From Cyanophora paradoxa CCMP329 (taxonomy: Eukaryota > Plantae > Glaucophyta), in the NCBI GenBank assembly GCA_004431415.1, contig QPMI01000098.1, forward strand, positions 62,001 through 126,000: DNA of 64,000 nt, in the 5' to 3' direction. Below are positions 1 to 11,616 of the stretch, in pieces. The position numbers were made by a program, and so were the translations under genes. The notes beneath the pieces were generated by a model that saw only the letters and a program-made list of their open reading frames with translations, made no database searches and was not told the origin of the DNA. The first letter of the stretch is position 1. Each line of letters begins with the position of its first letter.

Positions 1-364
1 GCAAGCCTGAAGTCGAGTCGACTCATGATCAGCTGATCCGAGCCTGATCGTCGGTCCGTCGACGCGGCAGTGACGTCGACCGTCAGCAAGTTTCTCACTA
101 CCACGGTAGTACTAGGCTCGTAGTACGTATACCAAGCGCGTCGTACTTTATAAGGAAGCGCGCGCGCGCGCCGCGGGCGCCAACTTGGCGAGTTGACTCC
201 TTGTACTTCTAGCTACAGCCTTGTACTTCCTGTCAGGCTAGCGTTCTACCCGGCCTATCCGCCATCCCCCCCAGGAGGGTACAAGTCCCCTGCTTCGGCT
301 CGCCTTACGAACTTCAGGCGCCGGTATCAGGCGTGCGCGGCATCTAAATTTGCAGCGCTCTAGC

Positions 365-1547
365 ATGGCGGAGTGGGACGGGTGCACGCTGTCCGCGACG
401 CTGCAGGACGCCATGGTGAAGCACAGGAATGACGTGCACGCGGCGGGGAAGGCAGGCCAGTGGGACAAGCTTTTGGCGCTTCTCGAAGAAGAGCCCGCCT
501 TCGTGAACAGTTCGGGTATGGACGACGCGGGCAAGGACCTGTACTCGCCGCTTCGTGCGTACGCCAGCTCGTATATCACACGGTTTATATTGCTAGCTCT
601 GAATTACACATAGCCGAGCTCTGCGTCTGACTCAGTGACGCACCTTAAACGCGCAGACTGGGCGGCAGAGCTCGGCGCCCCGAAGGCGGTCGTGGAGAAG
701 TTGGTGAAAATGCGTGCGTGGCGAAGCTTGCGCAATCTGAACGGAGAAACGGCGGAAGACGTGGCCAGGAGGACGGGCCGACCCGAGCTCGCGGATCAGC
801 TGAAGCCAGCGAAGCGCGAGGACTGCCCCGAGCCCGAAGTCCTCAAGTCGCTCCAGGTGAGCCAGTCGCAGCGTTCGTTGCGCACGGGATGATGCGCCCA
901 TGCTGCGCGTTACACGCGCGGCGCGGTGCGGGCTCAGCGTATCTCGCAGAAGCACTTCCACGATGTCATCCGGGCGCGCTGCAAGGACCTGTGTGAGGAG
1001 CACGGTAGCCGCCTCCCCTGCCTTGCGGCAAGGAACGCACTAAACCTTTTCCCTAGCCCTTCGCCTGCCCGAGATAGAGCCCCTGACGGAGATCTTGGGC
1101 GGCGGCGAAGACCCGGACTTGGCCGCGGGGGCCTCCTGGTATTTCACTGTACCCGGAATGTGCGCCACCCCCCTCCCCCCCAGGCCTCCCCCACCCCGCA
1201 TCCCTCCTGCCTCCTGCCCTCGCCTGGCAACCCTCACGCGCGCATATGCATCCCTCCCCGGCAGGTACGGAGGCTTCTCGTGAGCTTTTCCTGCCGCCTT
1301 GCGCCCCCTTCTGTCTTTGTGCCCTTGAGCCGGCGCGCAGGTACAGGCTCGCCGACGTAGCCGGGGACCCGTGCCTTGTCGCCGAGAGCTGGTGCCGCCC
1401 CACCGCGGCTCAGCCTGCCGTGGGCCGTTCGCCTCACCAGTACCCCCCCCCCCTTTGGGGCGCAGGTGCCGGGTCGCAGAGGGGTCCGGCCAGCGCCACC
1501 TCGTCACCCCGTTCGGCAGCGTTCTCCTCGCCGAGGGCTTCGTCTGA
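365..1547 (+). CDS. Ankyrin-like repeat protein with C-terminal WxxVPGMYGGFSY...ESWCRVxxGSGQRH domain (multi-exon)
   Basis: ATG 365. Exons 365-554, 657-856, 950-, a 15-nt microexon 1265-1279 and last exon 1466-1547 splice to ...LYSPLHWAAELGAPKAVVEKLVKMRAWRSLRNLNGETAEDVARRTG...WYFTVPGMYGGFSYRL...ESWCRVAEGSGQRHLVTPFGSVLLAEGFV*. Ankyrin-type PLHWAA and GETAEDVA motifs. Confidence 0.75.
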
Positions 1548-2088
1548 TATCAACTTGGCAATTTGACATCGATGCAATAATCAATGAGATCTAGAGCACC
1601 CCGAGGCTCAGTGGCCGGTGCATGGTAGCAGTTAGTCAGCTCGAAACCGACGCACGGTTTACCCGGCTGTGTTGCTGGAGCAACAAAGAACGAAAGCTTA
1701 CCGGGAGGTCCAGGAGCTGCCAGCTGCTATTGGCAATTGCAAGACATGGGTGCATCCAAACTTGATTCCAAAGATCCAAGGCTAGGACTCAATTATACGT
1801 AAACTACTGCCCAATCAACATAAAGCAAGAAAATTACGTGTACGTTAACAGGCATAATTGAACTGATGAGCGGAATGCGGAATGCGCAAAGATGCGAATG
1901 AAGGACTACAATAAATGGAAACTGTGACAATGCAAGCTCGGTCACGCTGTGATCCACGATCTGAAAGAGAGCTCGAGTACATGGGCTTGTATCTGGCCTA
2001 CAATCAATCAATCAGTCAATCGATATGGCTATTCGTAACTAGACTAAAGGCGATCCTGGCGCGCGAAACTGATCTCAGGGGGCTGCTG

Positions 2089-4052
2089 CTAGGAAGGAAG
2101 GGGGGCGGGGTCTGCGTCGGAGGAGGCGGGGCCGGTGGCGGGGCGGGGCCCCGGGAGGAGGGACTCGTTGGAGGAGGAGGCGCGGACGAGGGTGACGAAG
2201 TAGGAGGCGGGGTCGCCGGCCCCCGCCGCCCGCCCCGAGGGCTCCTTGACGGAGACGAGCGCGACGGCGCCGCCCGTCCCCGAGGGCGACCGCTCCGACG
2301 CCGGCGTGAACGCAAAGGGCGAGAGGCCTGCGCCCCCGCCCCTGCTCAGCCGGGGCTGGGAAGGGGCGGGGAGCGGCGGGGCGGGGCAAAGCAGACCGCC
2401 CTGTGTGGAGGCGCGGACGATGGAGGCGACGGCGGAGGTGGCCTGGACGAGGCCCGGCACCCCCGTGTGCTCCATCTCCATCGCCCCGTCCACCGCGGGG
2501 CCGAACAGGTCCCAGATCCAACGCTTCGCCCCGATGATGCCGCCCGCCGCCGAGCCCACCGCCACCCCGATCCGCACCTGCCCCGCGCCCCGCCGGCCCT
2601 CAGCGCCCCCGCCCGCGCGCCCGGGGAGGAAAGGCCGGGGGCCGCTCGCCTGGAGGGGCCGGCGCGTGCCCGGGATGAAGGTCTCCTCGTACACGTCCGC
2701 CATCTCGCACGCCGCCCGCAGGATCGCCACCACCTGCCGGGGGGGTACGTTGGGGCCGGGGGGGTGGTGGAAGAGGAGGGGTACGGGGCGCACGTCCTCG
2801 TCGGAGGCGCCGCCCTCGTGGATGCCGACGACGCCCATCCAGGCGTCCCCGATCGTCTTGAGGGTCGTCTGGTTGGCCCGCCCCGCCTCAAGCCGGGGCG
2901 CAGCCGGCGGGGCGGGGCGGGGCGGGGCGGGGTGCGGACCACGCCGTGGGCGGCGGCGATCTCGTCGCAGGCGGTGAAGACCTGCGCGAACGAAAGAGAG
3001 CGGGGTCAGGCGGGGCGGCGGGGCGGGGCGGGCCTCGTTGAGCTCGAGCTCAAGGGGGCGGGCCTCGTTGAGCATGCCGACGAGCTCCTCGGCGGCGAGG
3101 CTGGAGGAGAGCTCCGTGAAGCCCACGATGTCCGAGCAGAGCACCGCCACGCGCCTGAGGGGCGCCGGTGAGGCGCGGGGCGGGGCGGGGGCGGGGCGGG
3201 CGGCCAGGGCCTGGCGCACTCGTAGGAGAGGACGGTGGCGTCGCGCAGCTCGACCGACGTGCTCGCCGCCGCCGCGCCCCCGCCGCCGCCGCCGGCCGGC
3301 GCCGCCTCCGCCCGCCGCCCCTCGCCGGCCTCGCGCGGCGAGTTGCCCTGCGACGCCTCCGCGGAGCTCGCCGGGTGGAGGCCCCCGCCGCCGCCGCCGG
3401 GGAGGCCGGGGAGAGGGGCGCGGGGCGCGGGGCCGGCCCGCCCGAGGCGCGGCGGCCCTCCGAGGCGCGGGCCTTGTGCGCGTGCAGGACGTCGACCACC
3501 GGCGGCGGCATGCAGAGGTCCAGCAGGCCTGGCCGGCCCCGGCGGTAAGCGGCGGGGCGGCGAGCGGCGGGGCGGGGCGAGGCGGGGCGGGGGCACCGTT
3601 GGTGTCGCGGGACTCCTGGGTGAGGCGCTCGGTCTCGCGGGCGGCGAGGAGCTCGGAGAGGAAGGCGCGGCGGCCCTCGCGCTCCCGGAAGAACGAGACC
3701 GTCCCCGCCGCCAGCGCCGTCAGCGCCGCGAAGAGGGGCGAGAGCCCGTTCAGCCGCCCGATCTGCCGCGCGGCGTGACGAGGGCGCCGGGGCGGCGGGC
3801 GGGCGGAGCGGGGCGGGGCGCGCCAGGCCGAGGAAAGAGATGAGGAAGACGCCGACGCAGCAGATCTGGGACTCGTAGAACGAGGCCGACGGGGCGCTGC
3901 CGGCGCGGGTGAGGCCGGCGCGGGGCGGGGGGAGCGCGCCGGCGGGGCAGCGGCGCGGCGGCGGCGGGGCGCACTTGAGGAGGATGATGAGGACGACGGC
4001 GTCGCCGTCCGACATGCTCCGCACCGTGTACGTCGACTGCCGGGGGCGCGCG

Positions 4053-4088
<36 letters not shown>

Positions 4089-7000
4089 CGGGGTCGGCCC
4101 TCGCGCGCGGGAGCGCAGACGGCGGGGACGGGGGCGCTGCGCACGACGTTCATGCTCTCCAAGCCCCACTTGACGCCCATCATGACGAGGAGGCCGCCGA
4201 ACATGGTCCGCCGCAGCGCCTGCCGGCCGCGCTCAGTCGAGGCGGGGGCCGGCGCGGCGGCGCGGCGCTCGCTGGCGAGCCTGCTGGAGGCGGAGGGAGG
4301 AGGAGCGCCAGAAGGAGAGGCCGAGGACGGCGGTGAGGATGGGGACTACCACCAAGTAGCGCAGCCAGAGGCGCCGCTCCAGGTTGTACCCCGCCGCTCC
4401 CAGCGCCCACTGCGGCCCCTGTCACGAGGAGCGGCGGGGCGGCGGCGGGGGCGGGGGCTCGCCTCGAGGATGGGCCAGATGACGTTGTGGAGGATGAGGA
4501 CGGCGATCATCTTGCGCATGCCCAGCAGGCCGCCCTGCGCGGGCCGGCGCTCAGGGCGGGAGCGGCTGCGCGGGGCGGGGCGGTGGCGGGGGCGGCGCAC
4601 GGCCTCGCGCTCGAGGGTGTAGGAGCGCTCGGCGTCGGCGTCGTAGAAGTGCATGCGCCACCAGGGCCGCGTCTCCTCCATCGCCTGCGCGCCCCGCCCC
4701 CTCAGAGGCGTCCCCGCGAGCGGGGCGGGGCGGGACGGGGCGCACGACGATGGCGTGCGCGCGGCCCGACTGCGACTGGAACTGCTCCATCATGGCCTGG
4801 GCAGCCATGGAGGCGCGGCGCTGCTGCTGGCGCCCCCCGGGCGGGCCCGACGGCGAGCGGGCCCCGGGCGGCACCGGGCTCGGCGCCACCGCGTTCCGCC
4901 CGAAGGAGCGGCTGGGCGGGGCGAGGCCCGCGGCGCGGCCGGCGGGGCCCAGGGCGCCCAGGCCCTCGCCCGAGGCGCTGGCCGACGCAAGCGACTCGCG
5001 CTTGGGCTCGAGGGGGGCCTCGGGGGGCGGGCGGGGAGGGCGGCCGGGCCGGCGAGGGGACGGCCGCCTCGGGGGCGGGGGCCGGGCTCGGGAAGACGGC
5101 CTCCTCGCGGCCCACGAACGGGCTCCGGCGGCGGAACGAGGCGCCCAGCGAGTCCATCTCCCGCGACTGCCGCGGGTTCGAAGCCCCGTCGCCGCTCCCC
5201 GCCTCGCCGCCTCCGGCCGACTGCAGGCCGATGCCGGCGAGGCCGCCCGAGGGCGGGCCCCCCGAGCTGCGCGGCTGCAGCAGGCCGCTCGAGCGCGGCT
5301 GCATCAGCCCACTGGAGGAATGCGGGGCGTCGACGGCGAGCGGGAGGGCCCCGCTCAGGCCCTCCTCCGCCGACGAGGCCCGCCGGGCGAGCAGCAGCGC
5401 CGAGGAGGAGCTGACGGGGCGCGGCGAGGCCTCCTCGGCGGCCCCCGAGGGCGGGCGGGGCCCCGCCGAGGGCGGCGAGAGGGTCCCGTGCTCGGCGGTG
5501 TAGCGGCGGGCGCTGAGGAGGGCCTCAGAGGAGCCGGCCTCGGCCTGCCGGCGCAGGATGAAGGCCTCGGGGGACCAGCGCGTGTCCCGCTCCGCCTGCA
5601 CCACGCGCCGCAGCGGCTGCAGGATCGGCACCCCGGGGCGCGCCAGCGGCGGCAGCGTCTGCGGGGGCCCGCCCCGCGTGCGTTCCGCGTGCGGGGGCGA
5701 GTGCGGGATCGTCGCCGGGGCCTTGTGGGGCGCCGGCGTGGCGAGGAGGGTGGATAGGGCGAGGTCGGAGGCGGTGTGCGCGATGGAGGAGCCGGCGAGG
5801 GCGCCCGAGGCGAGCGACGAGGCCGAGCCGCGCCGCGGGTCCGTCCCGGGCGGCGCCAGGCCGTCCCCCGCGGGAACGAAGAGGACGGGGACGGAGGGCG
5901 GGCGGGACGAGCCGCTGCCGGTCGTCTCCTCGTGGAGGCCCATCGCGACGACCGCCAGCTCCTCCTCGCGGCACACGAAGTGGCAGAGCATGACGCCCTT
6001 GCCCTGCCCCGCCCTCAGCGCGGAGGCCGGGCAGGGGGCGGGCGCGGGGCCGGGGGGCACCTTGACGGCGATCTCGTGGCCCGGGGTGAACTCGTGGGAG
6101 CCGAACGGGAGCACGGCCTCCCGGAAGTGCGAGGAGACATGCATCCGCCCGGGCGCCCCGTGCATGCACATGCGCTGCCCCCCGGGGGTCGGCCCCCGGG
6201 GCGGGGCGGGGCGGGGCGGGGCGGGGCGGGACGGCGAGGGGCCGGCGCGCTCGGACCTGGGCGGTGTTGACGCTGTCGCCGAAGCAGTCGAAGAAGAGGC
6301 GACAGCCGATCATGCCGGCGACGGCCGGGCCGCAGTGCGCCCCGATCTGCAGGCGCACGCCCATGCGCTCGGCGGCGCGGAGGGCGTCCAGGCCGAAGGC
6401 GGCGGCGGCCTGCGCGGGTGCGCGTGGCCGCCGCCGCCCCGGCGGTGGCCCTCCAGGTCGAGCCCCGCGACGGCCATGAACATCGAGGCCCCGATCGTCT
6501 TGATCTTCTGCACCCCGTGCGCGTCCGCCAGCGCCTCCAGGCGGTTGAACATCTGCGCGCCCCCGCCCCCTCGGCCCCCGGCCCCCGGCCCGCCGCCCGG
6601 CCCCCGGCCCGCCGCCCGGCCCCCGCAACCCAGGCCGTTACCTTGTTCGCCCAGACGATCATGTTGCGCGCGTTGGTGTGCTGCAGCGCCGCCGCGTCAC
6701 GGGCGGGGCGCGGGGCGGGGCGGGACGGGACGGGGCGGGCGGGCGGGCGCACGTCCGACTCGAACTCCTCCTCCTTGGGGAACGAGATGTGGCAGAAGAG
6801 GACGGTCACTGCGCCCCGCCCCGCCCCCGCGGCGTCGGCGTCGGCGTCGGGCGAGGCGGCCAGGGAGGGGGCGGGGCGGGGGCGCACGCTGCTCGTAGCG
6901 CCTGTTGATGACCTCCCACTCCGAGCGCTTGATCGCGGAGATGATCTGCGCAGGCGCCCCGCCCCGGCTCGAGGGCGGCGGGGCTCGCTGGGGCGGGGCG

Positions 7001-8620
7001 GGGCGGGGCGGACGGCGTCGGGGAGGATGTTCCTGAGGATGAGGTCGGAGCGGGAGGCCTGCTGCTGGGCCGCCTGCCGCGCCGCCTCCGTCATGTCCCC
7101 CAGCAGGAACGTCCGCCGCGCCGTGTCCTCGTAGATGAACCCTGCCCCCGCCCCGCCCCGCCCCGTCGGCCCGCGCGGCGGCGCGGGGCGCGCTCGAGGC
7201 GGCCGCCGGCACCGAAGACGAGGGAGAGCAGGACGATGTCGAGGTAGGCGAAGAAGAAGACGATCGAGATCGTGCGGCTCCCCGCCGCGTTCTCCGACAC
7301 TGCCCCGCCCGCCCCCGCTCGCTCTCTCGCTCGCTCGCCGGCCCGCACAGGAAAGCCCGGCGGGGCGTGGCGGGGCGGGGCGGGGCGGGGCGGGGCGGGG
7401 CGCGCACGGCCGAAGGAGAGGTTCCCAGCTAGCTCGGCGAGGACCATGAAGAGGAGCCAGGGGAGGGAGCGGCGCAGCGGGACGTGCAGGGCGCAGATGT
7501 AGACGAAGCACATCGCCGGCCCGATCGTCGCGAACTCCACCGACAACGAGAACGCCTTCTGCACGCACAGGATCACGTACCCCACCGACGTGACCTGCCC
7601 CGCCCCGTCAGTCAGGAGGCCGGTCGGCCGGCCCCGCGCGTCGGCGGGCGGGCGCACCGCGCTGACGATAATCCAGAGGCGGGAGGGGGGCAGGCGCCGG
7701 ACGCGGCCCCAGGACATCGAGCCGGCCGAGGAGACGACGAGAAGGCCGAAGGAGCCCCACGTCGACACCGTCGAAAGCTGCACGTTTCGTATGCCCTGCG
7801 CGCGGAGGCGCCTCAGGCGCCGGCCGGGCTGGGGGGCGCGCCGGCGCCGCTGACCCTTCGTATGATGCTCCAGGTCACTGCAGGTCCCGATGGTGAGCCG
7901 AGCGGGGGGAGGGTGCCCGGCGCGGCACGCACGGTTCGCGATGGCGACGAGCAGCCCGATCAGAAGCAGCACGCGGAAGCGCTGCGGCGTCGTCTGCGCA
8001 TATCCCGCGCGGAAGCGCCCCTCGCCCGACCTGCCGCTGCGTGAGGGATTGGAAAGCGGCACTGGCGCTCTCGTGCTGACTTCGAGGGAAAGCGCAGCGA
8101 GCGCGCGTCGAGCACGTGGGCCTTCGCGAGGTGCGGGATTCTAACAGAAGAGTGATCCTCGGCTTCCGGATCGTCCGCGCTGCCCGCGCGGCTCGCGGCG
8201 CTGGAGAGTCCAAAGCGAGCGCTTTTTATGCGAGGGCGGGCGGTTGAGGGCAGTCCTTCCAGGCGGGGTTGCTGCCGATCCGTCGGGTGTGCAAGCCTGC
8301 GATATCCCGGCTTGCACACCATGGAGAGTGTCATTGAGAAATGCATACCATCTGTGGACGTCTGCGAGGTCCAGGGTGGACATGGGGCGCGACCGACGCA
8401 GGGAGGGGTTTGTCGTCGCTAGCGGCGCTTTGCCGAAGTTGCCGGAGCCAGCCATCGACACTACCGATCCACTGTTCCCCCGCTTAATCCAACTGCCGCT
8501 GTGGTGGCTGCCACCGCCGTTGGAATCGACCGCCTCCATCAAGCCGGCCGCCCCGCCATCGATTTGCGAGTTGGAACGCCTCCGGCGCATCGAGCGGCCC
8601 GTTTCCACCACCAGCTCCAT
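2089..8620 (-). CDS. Membrane class III nucleotide (probably adenylyl) cyclase: TM block - cyclase - TM block - cyclase
   Basis: ATG 8620; many short introns. Two hydrophobic blocks (~7980-7200 and ~4520-3690), each followed by a helical LxxxLP/MP segment. Cyclase 1: VTVLFCHISF, VQKIKTIGASMFMA, IGAHCGPAVAGMIG, FDCFGDSVNTAQRM, VKGKGVM. Cyclase 2: VAVLCSDIVGFT, LKTIGDAWMG, RIGVAVGSAAGGIIG, WDLFGPAVDGAMEMEHTG. Confidence 0.85.
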
Positions 8621-9466
8621 TCGCCGCTGAAGGCTACTTCAATGACAGACCAGTTCGGCGCATGGGGACTGCAGCGACGTCGACTCTGCACCAGCTCCAA
8701 ATGTTTCTTTCTACGCGCTGCTAGCTAGCTTCCTGCTCGCCGCAGCCGCGCGGCGGACCGGCCGGGCGAGGGAGCCTTAGAGAGCAAACAGGCAAGCAGC
8801 AAGCTAGCATGCGCAAGGGATCCTTAGGGATGTCGACAGAGGGGGGTACAAACTGAGAAGCTGTTGAGGTCACGACGTCGATTCGCGAGTTCGCGCCAGA
8901 CATCATGATTTATGACACATGTACATGTACATATATTCCAAACACTATATATAGCTAATTTAGAAGTCAAACGCCACAATTGCAAACGATCGCGATCGAT
9001 CCACCCCCCTCGATCTCAAAATGGGTACAGGCTCAGTACAGCTATCGACGAAAAACGACCAGTGGGATGCGCGAATTAGTCGCGGCCCCATACATGTATA
9101 TACCATGATGCATATGACAGGAATGACACAAAATTAAAAGCGCAGATATATATATACATTATAATTATTTGAGCTATACATGAGCTAAGATCTAGATTCT
9201 ACATCAATAGAGCGCCGCCGGCTACTTGACAAGTACGTACACTTGTACCTGGACAACGTACCTGAGAGGCTGAGACTGGTCCTGGGACCTGATCATGAGT
9301 ACCTTAAGCTTGCTGCGCATGCGCGCGCGGCGTTCCCCATGCAGCTGCAGCCTCAGGCCTGCAGGCTAGCGCTGCAGCTCGCCGTACGCGTGCACGTGCG
9401 CGCGCGGCGTTCCCCATGGCCAGCTCGCCCCGCCGGCGCCCCGCCCGCGGGCCGAGGGCGCGGGGC

Positions 9467-11278
9467 CTCGGTGTTCGACAAGAAGCACGGCCCGGGGCCG
9501 GACCTGTACGTGCGGGCGCGGCTGCGGAAGTAGGTACAGAGGACGAGGGTCATCGAGGGCGAGGCGCCCGGCGAACCCCTTCTGGGGCCAGCTCCTTCCG
9601 GCCTTGTCCGCCCCCCGCCCCGCCCCGCCCCGCCCCGCCCCGCCCCGCCCCGCCCCTCCCGCCGCCGAGCCGAGCGCCCCGCAGCGAGCTCTCCTCCGGA
9701 TCCGACCTCCCCTCGAGCCTCGGGCTCCCCGAAGGTTCGCCCCGCGGCGCGCCCCGGCCCCGGTCGGCCCCGGTCGGCCCGGCCCGGGCCTGATGCGGGG
9801 CGGCAGTGCGCGGTGCTGGACAAGGACTTCCTGATATCGATGGACGAGGAGATCGGCGTGGCCGAATTCAACTGCGCCGAGATGCGCGCGCTGCACAAGG
9901 CCCGCCCCGCCCGCCCCGCCCCGGGGCCGCCCTCGGGCTCTAGATCTAGATCTAGATATAGATCTCAAGCGTGGGCCGGGCCGGGGTCAGGTGCACGTGT
10001 TGCAGCTGACGGCGCCGGTGCTGGACACGCACGGCCGCGCCGTCGCGATCGGCTCCCCCGCCATCCAGGCCCAGTTCATCCGGATCCCCGTGCGACCCCC
10101 TTCCCGGATCCCGGAACTGCGGCCCGCCGGGGGCGTGCGGCGACGTGGCGCGGCAGCGGGTGCGGGGGGCGGGGGAGGGCGCGCGCGCGGCGACAAGGCG
10201 GAGATCCCCGAGGGTGCGCCGCCCCGCGCGCGCCCCGCCGCGCCCCGGCTCGCCCGGCTCGGCCCGCGCGCCCGACGCCGGTGCAGTCGAGAAGGCGCTC
10301 AACCTGAAGATGAAGGAAACCGGAAGGCGCCTTCCACGCCTCCTCCTCCATATGCATGGCCAGTGCGCCCGCCGGCGCCCCCGCCCCGCCGCTCGGCGCC
10401 GGTCCCGCGCTGCGCTGCGTTCGAGGGCGGGGCGGGGCGGCAGAGTTCTGCGATTCGTACTGCGAGGTGTGGGTGAGCGGGGAGAAAAAGCGGCGGGAGC
10501 GGACGGAGGTCGTGGATGACTCAGTGAGCAGGACTCGCCCGTCTTCGAGGACGAGTACCAGCTGCAGCTGTGCGCCGCTGCCCCCGCCCGCCGCCCGCCG
10601 CCCGCCGGCCCCCACTGACGCGCGCGGTGCGGCCGCGGCAGGCCGCTGCGGGACCCCGGACATCGACAGGCGGTCCAGCTCAAGTTCTACGACGACAACG
10701 CGCCGATGCCGGACACGCTGCTCGGCGTCGCGGATCCCCCCGGAGATCCCGGTCTCGGAGGCGGGGCGCCCCGGCCCGGGCCCGGCGGCGCCGGCGGCGC
10801 CGGCACGATCGCGAAGGCGATCATCCGCGCCGCCGGGACCTCGAGGGGGGTACCTCGGGGCAGTCCGGCCCGCCCTCCCAGGTCGTCGTTACGATGCTGT
10901 ACGCCCCCAGGCACGCGAAGGAGGCGGGGAAGACGGAGGGACCGGCCCCGGCGGCTCCGGTGCCCGCCGTCGTCGCCAGGCAGGAGCTCGAGGCCGCTCC
11001 CGCGGGGCGCCGGCCCCCAAGGCCCTGCGGCGCCGGCCCCCGCCCGGGCCCCGCTGGCCGGCCCCGCGCCCGGCCGCGGCGGCCTCCTCAAGCTCCCGCC
11101 CGCCGGCGTTCCGAAGTTCGTCGGCGTGCTGCTACAGCTGATCGCGAAGTGCGTCGACGTCACCATCAAGTCTGCCGCGCGGACCCCCCCGGGCCCGACA
11201 CCGAGCCTCGAAGCGGCGCCACTTTGTGGAGGCGCCGGCGCAGTCACGGCGGCCGCGGCACCGCGGCAGCTAACTTAG
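9467..11278 (+). pseudogene. Probably degraded tandem C2-domain gene
   Basis: C2-like motifs in spliced order: PDLYVRARL..RTRVI..NPFW; VLDKDFLISMDEEIGVAEF; FCDSYCEVWV..RTEVVDDS..PVFEDEY; LKFYDDNAPMPDTLLGVA. Interrupted by an in-frame TAG at 9531-9533 and frameshifts near 9570 and 10530. No clear start codon. Confidence 0.5.
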
Positions 11279-11616
11279 TAAGCTGATCATAAGTCCCGTC
11301 CCCGCGGCCCTATGTACTATTAACGTTAACTATACTATGATAAGTATCGCAAGTAATGATTAATATTGATATAAATTAACCATACGCATGCCCTGATGGC
11401 ACACCAAGTGCAACCCACGGTTAACCACCTCGTGAGCGCCCGGTTTCGTAAATGAATATGCATATCAGGGATATCAAAAATAGAGATAGCCTATTAGAGT
11501 ACAAGAATAGTTTAACCATGCTAGCTAGTTAGTTAAAGTCCGGAAAACTGCCTGCTCCAGGTGCACACGCTCTGACTGGTCACGAAATGCAAGAGCCTTG
11601 ACCCTAAACACGTGCA

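Noticed and set aside
1391-1471. Introner-type mobile introns (GGTGCCG repeated at both ends of intron 1392-1465)
   Set aside because: A single example. Introns in different genes share only low-complexity motifs, and near-identical introns occur only within segmental duplications.
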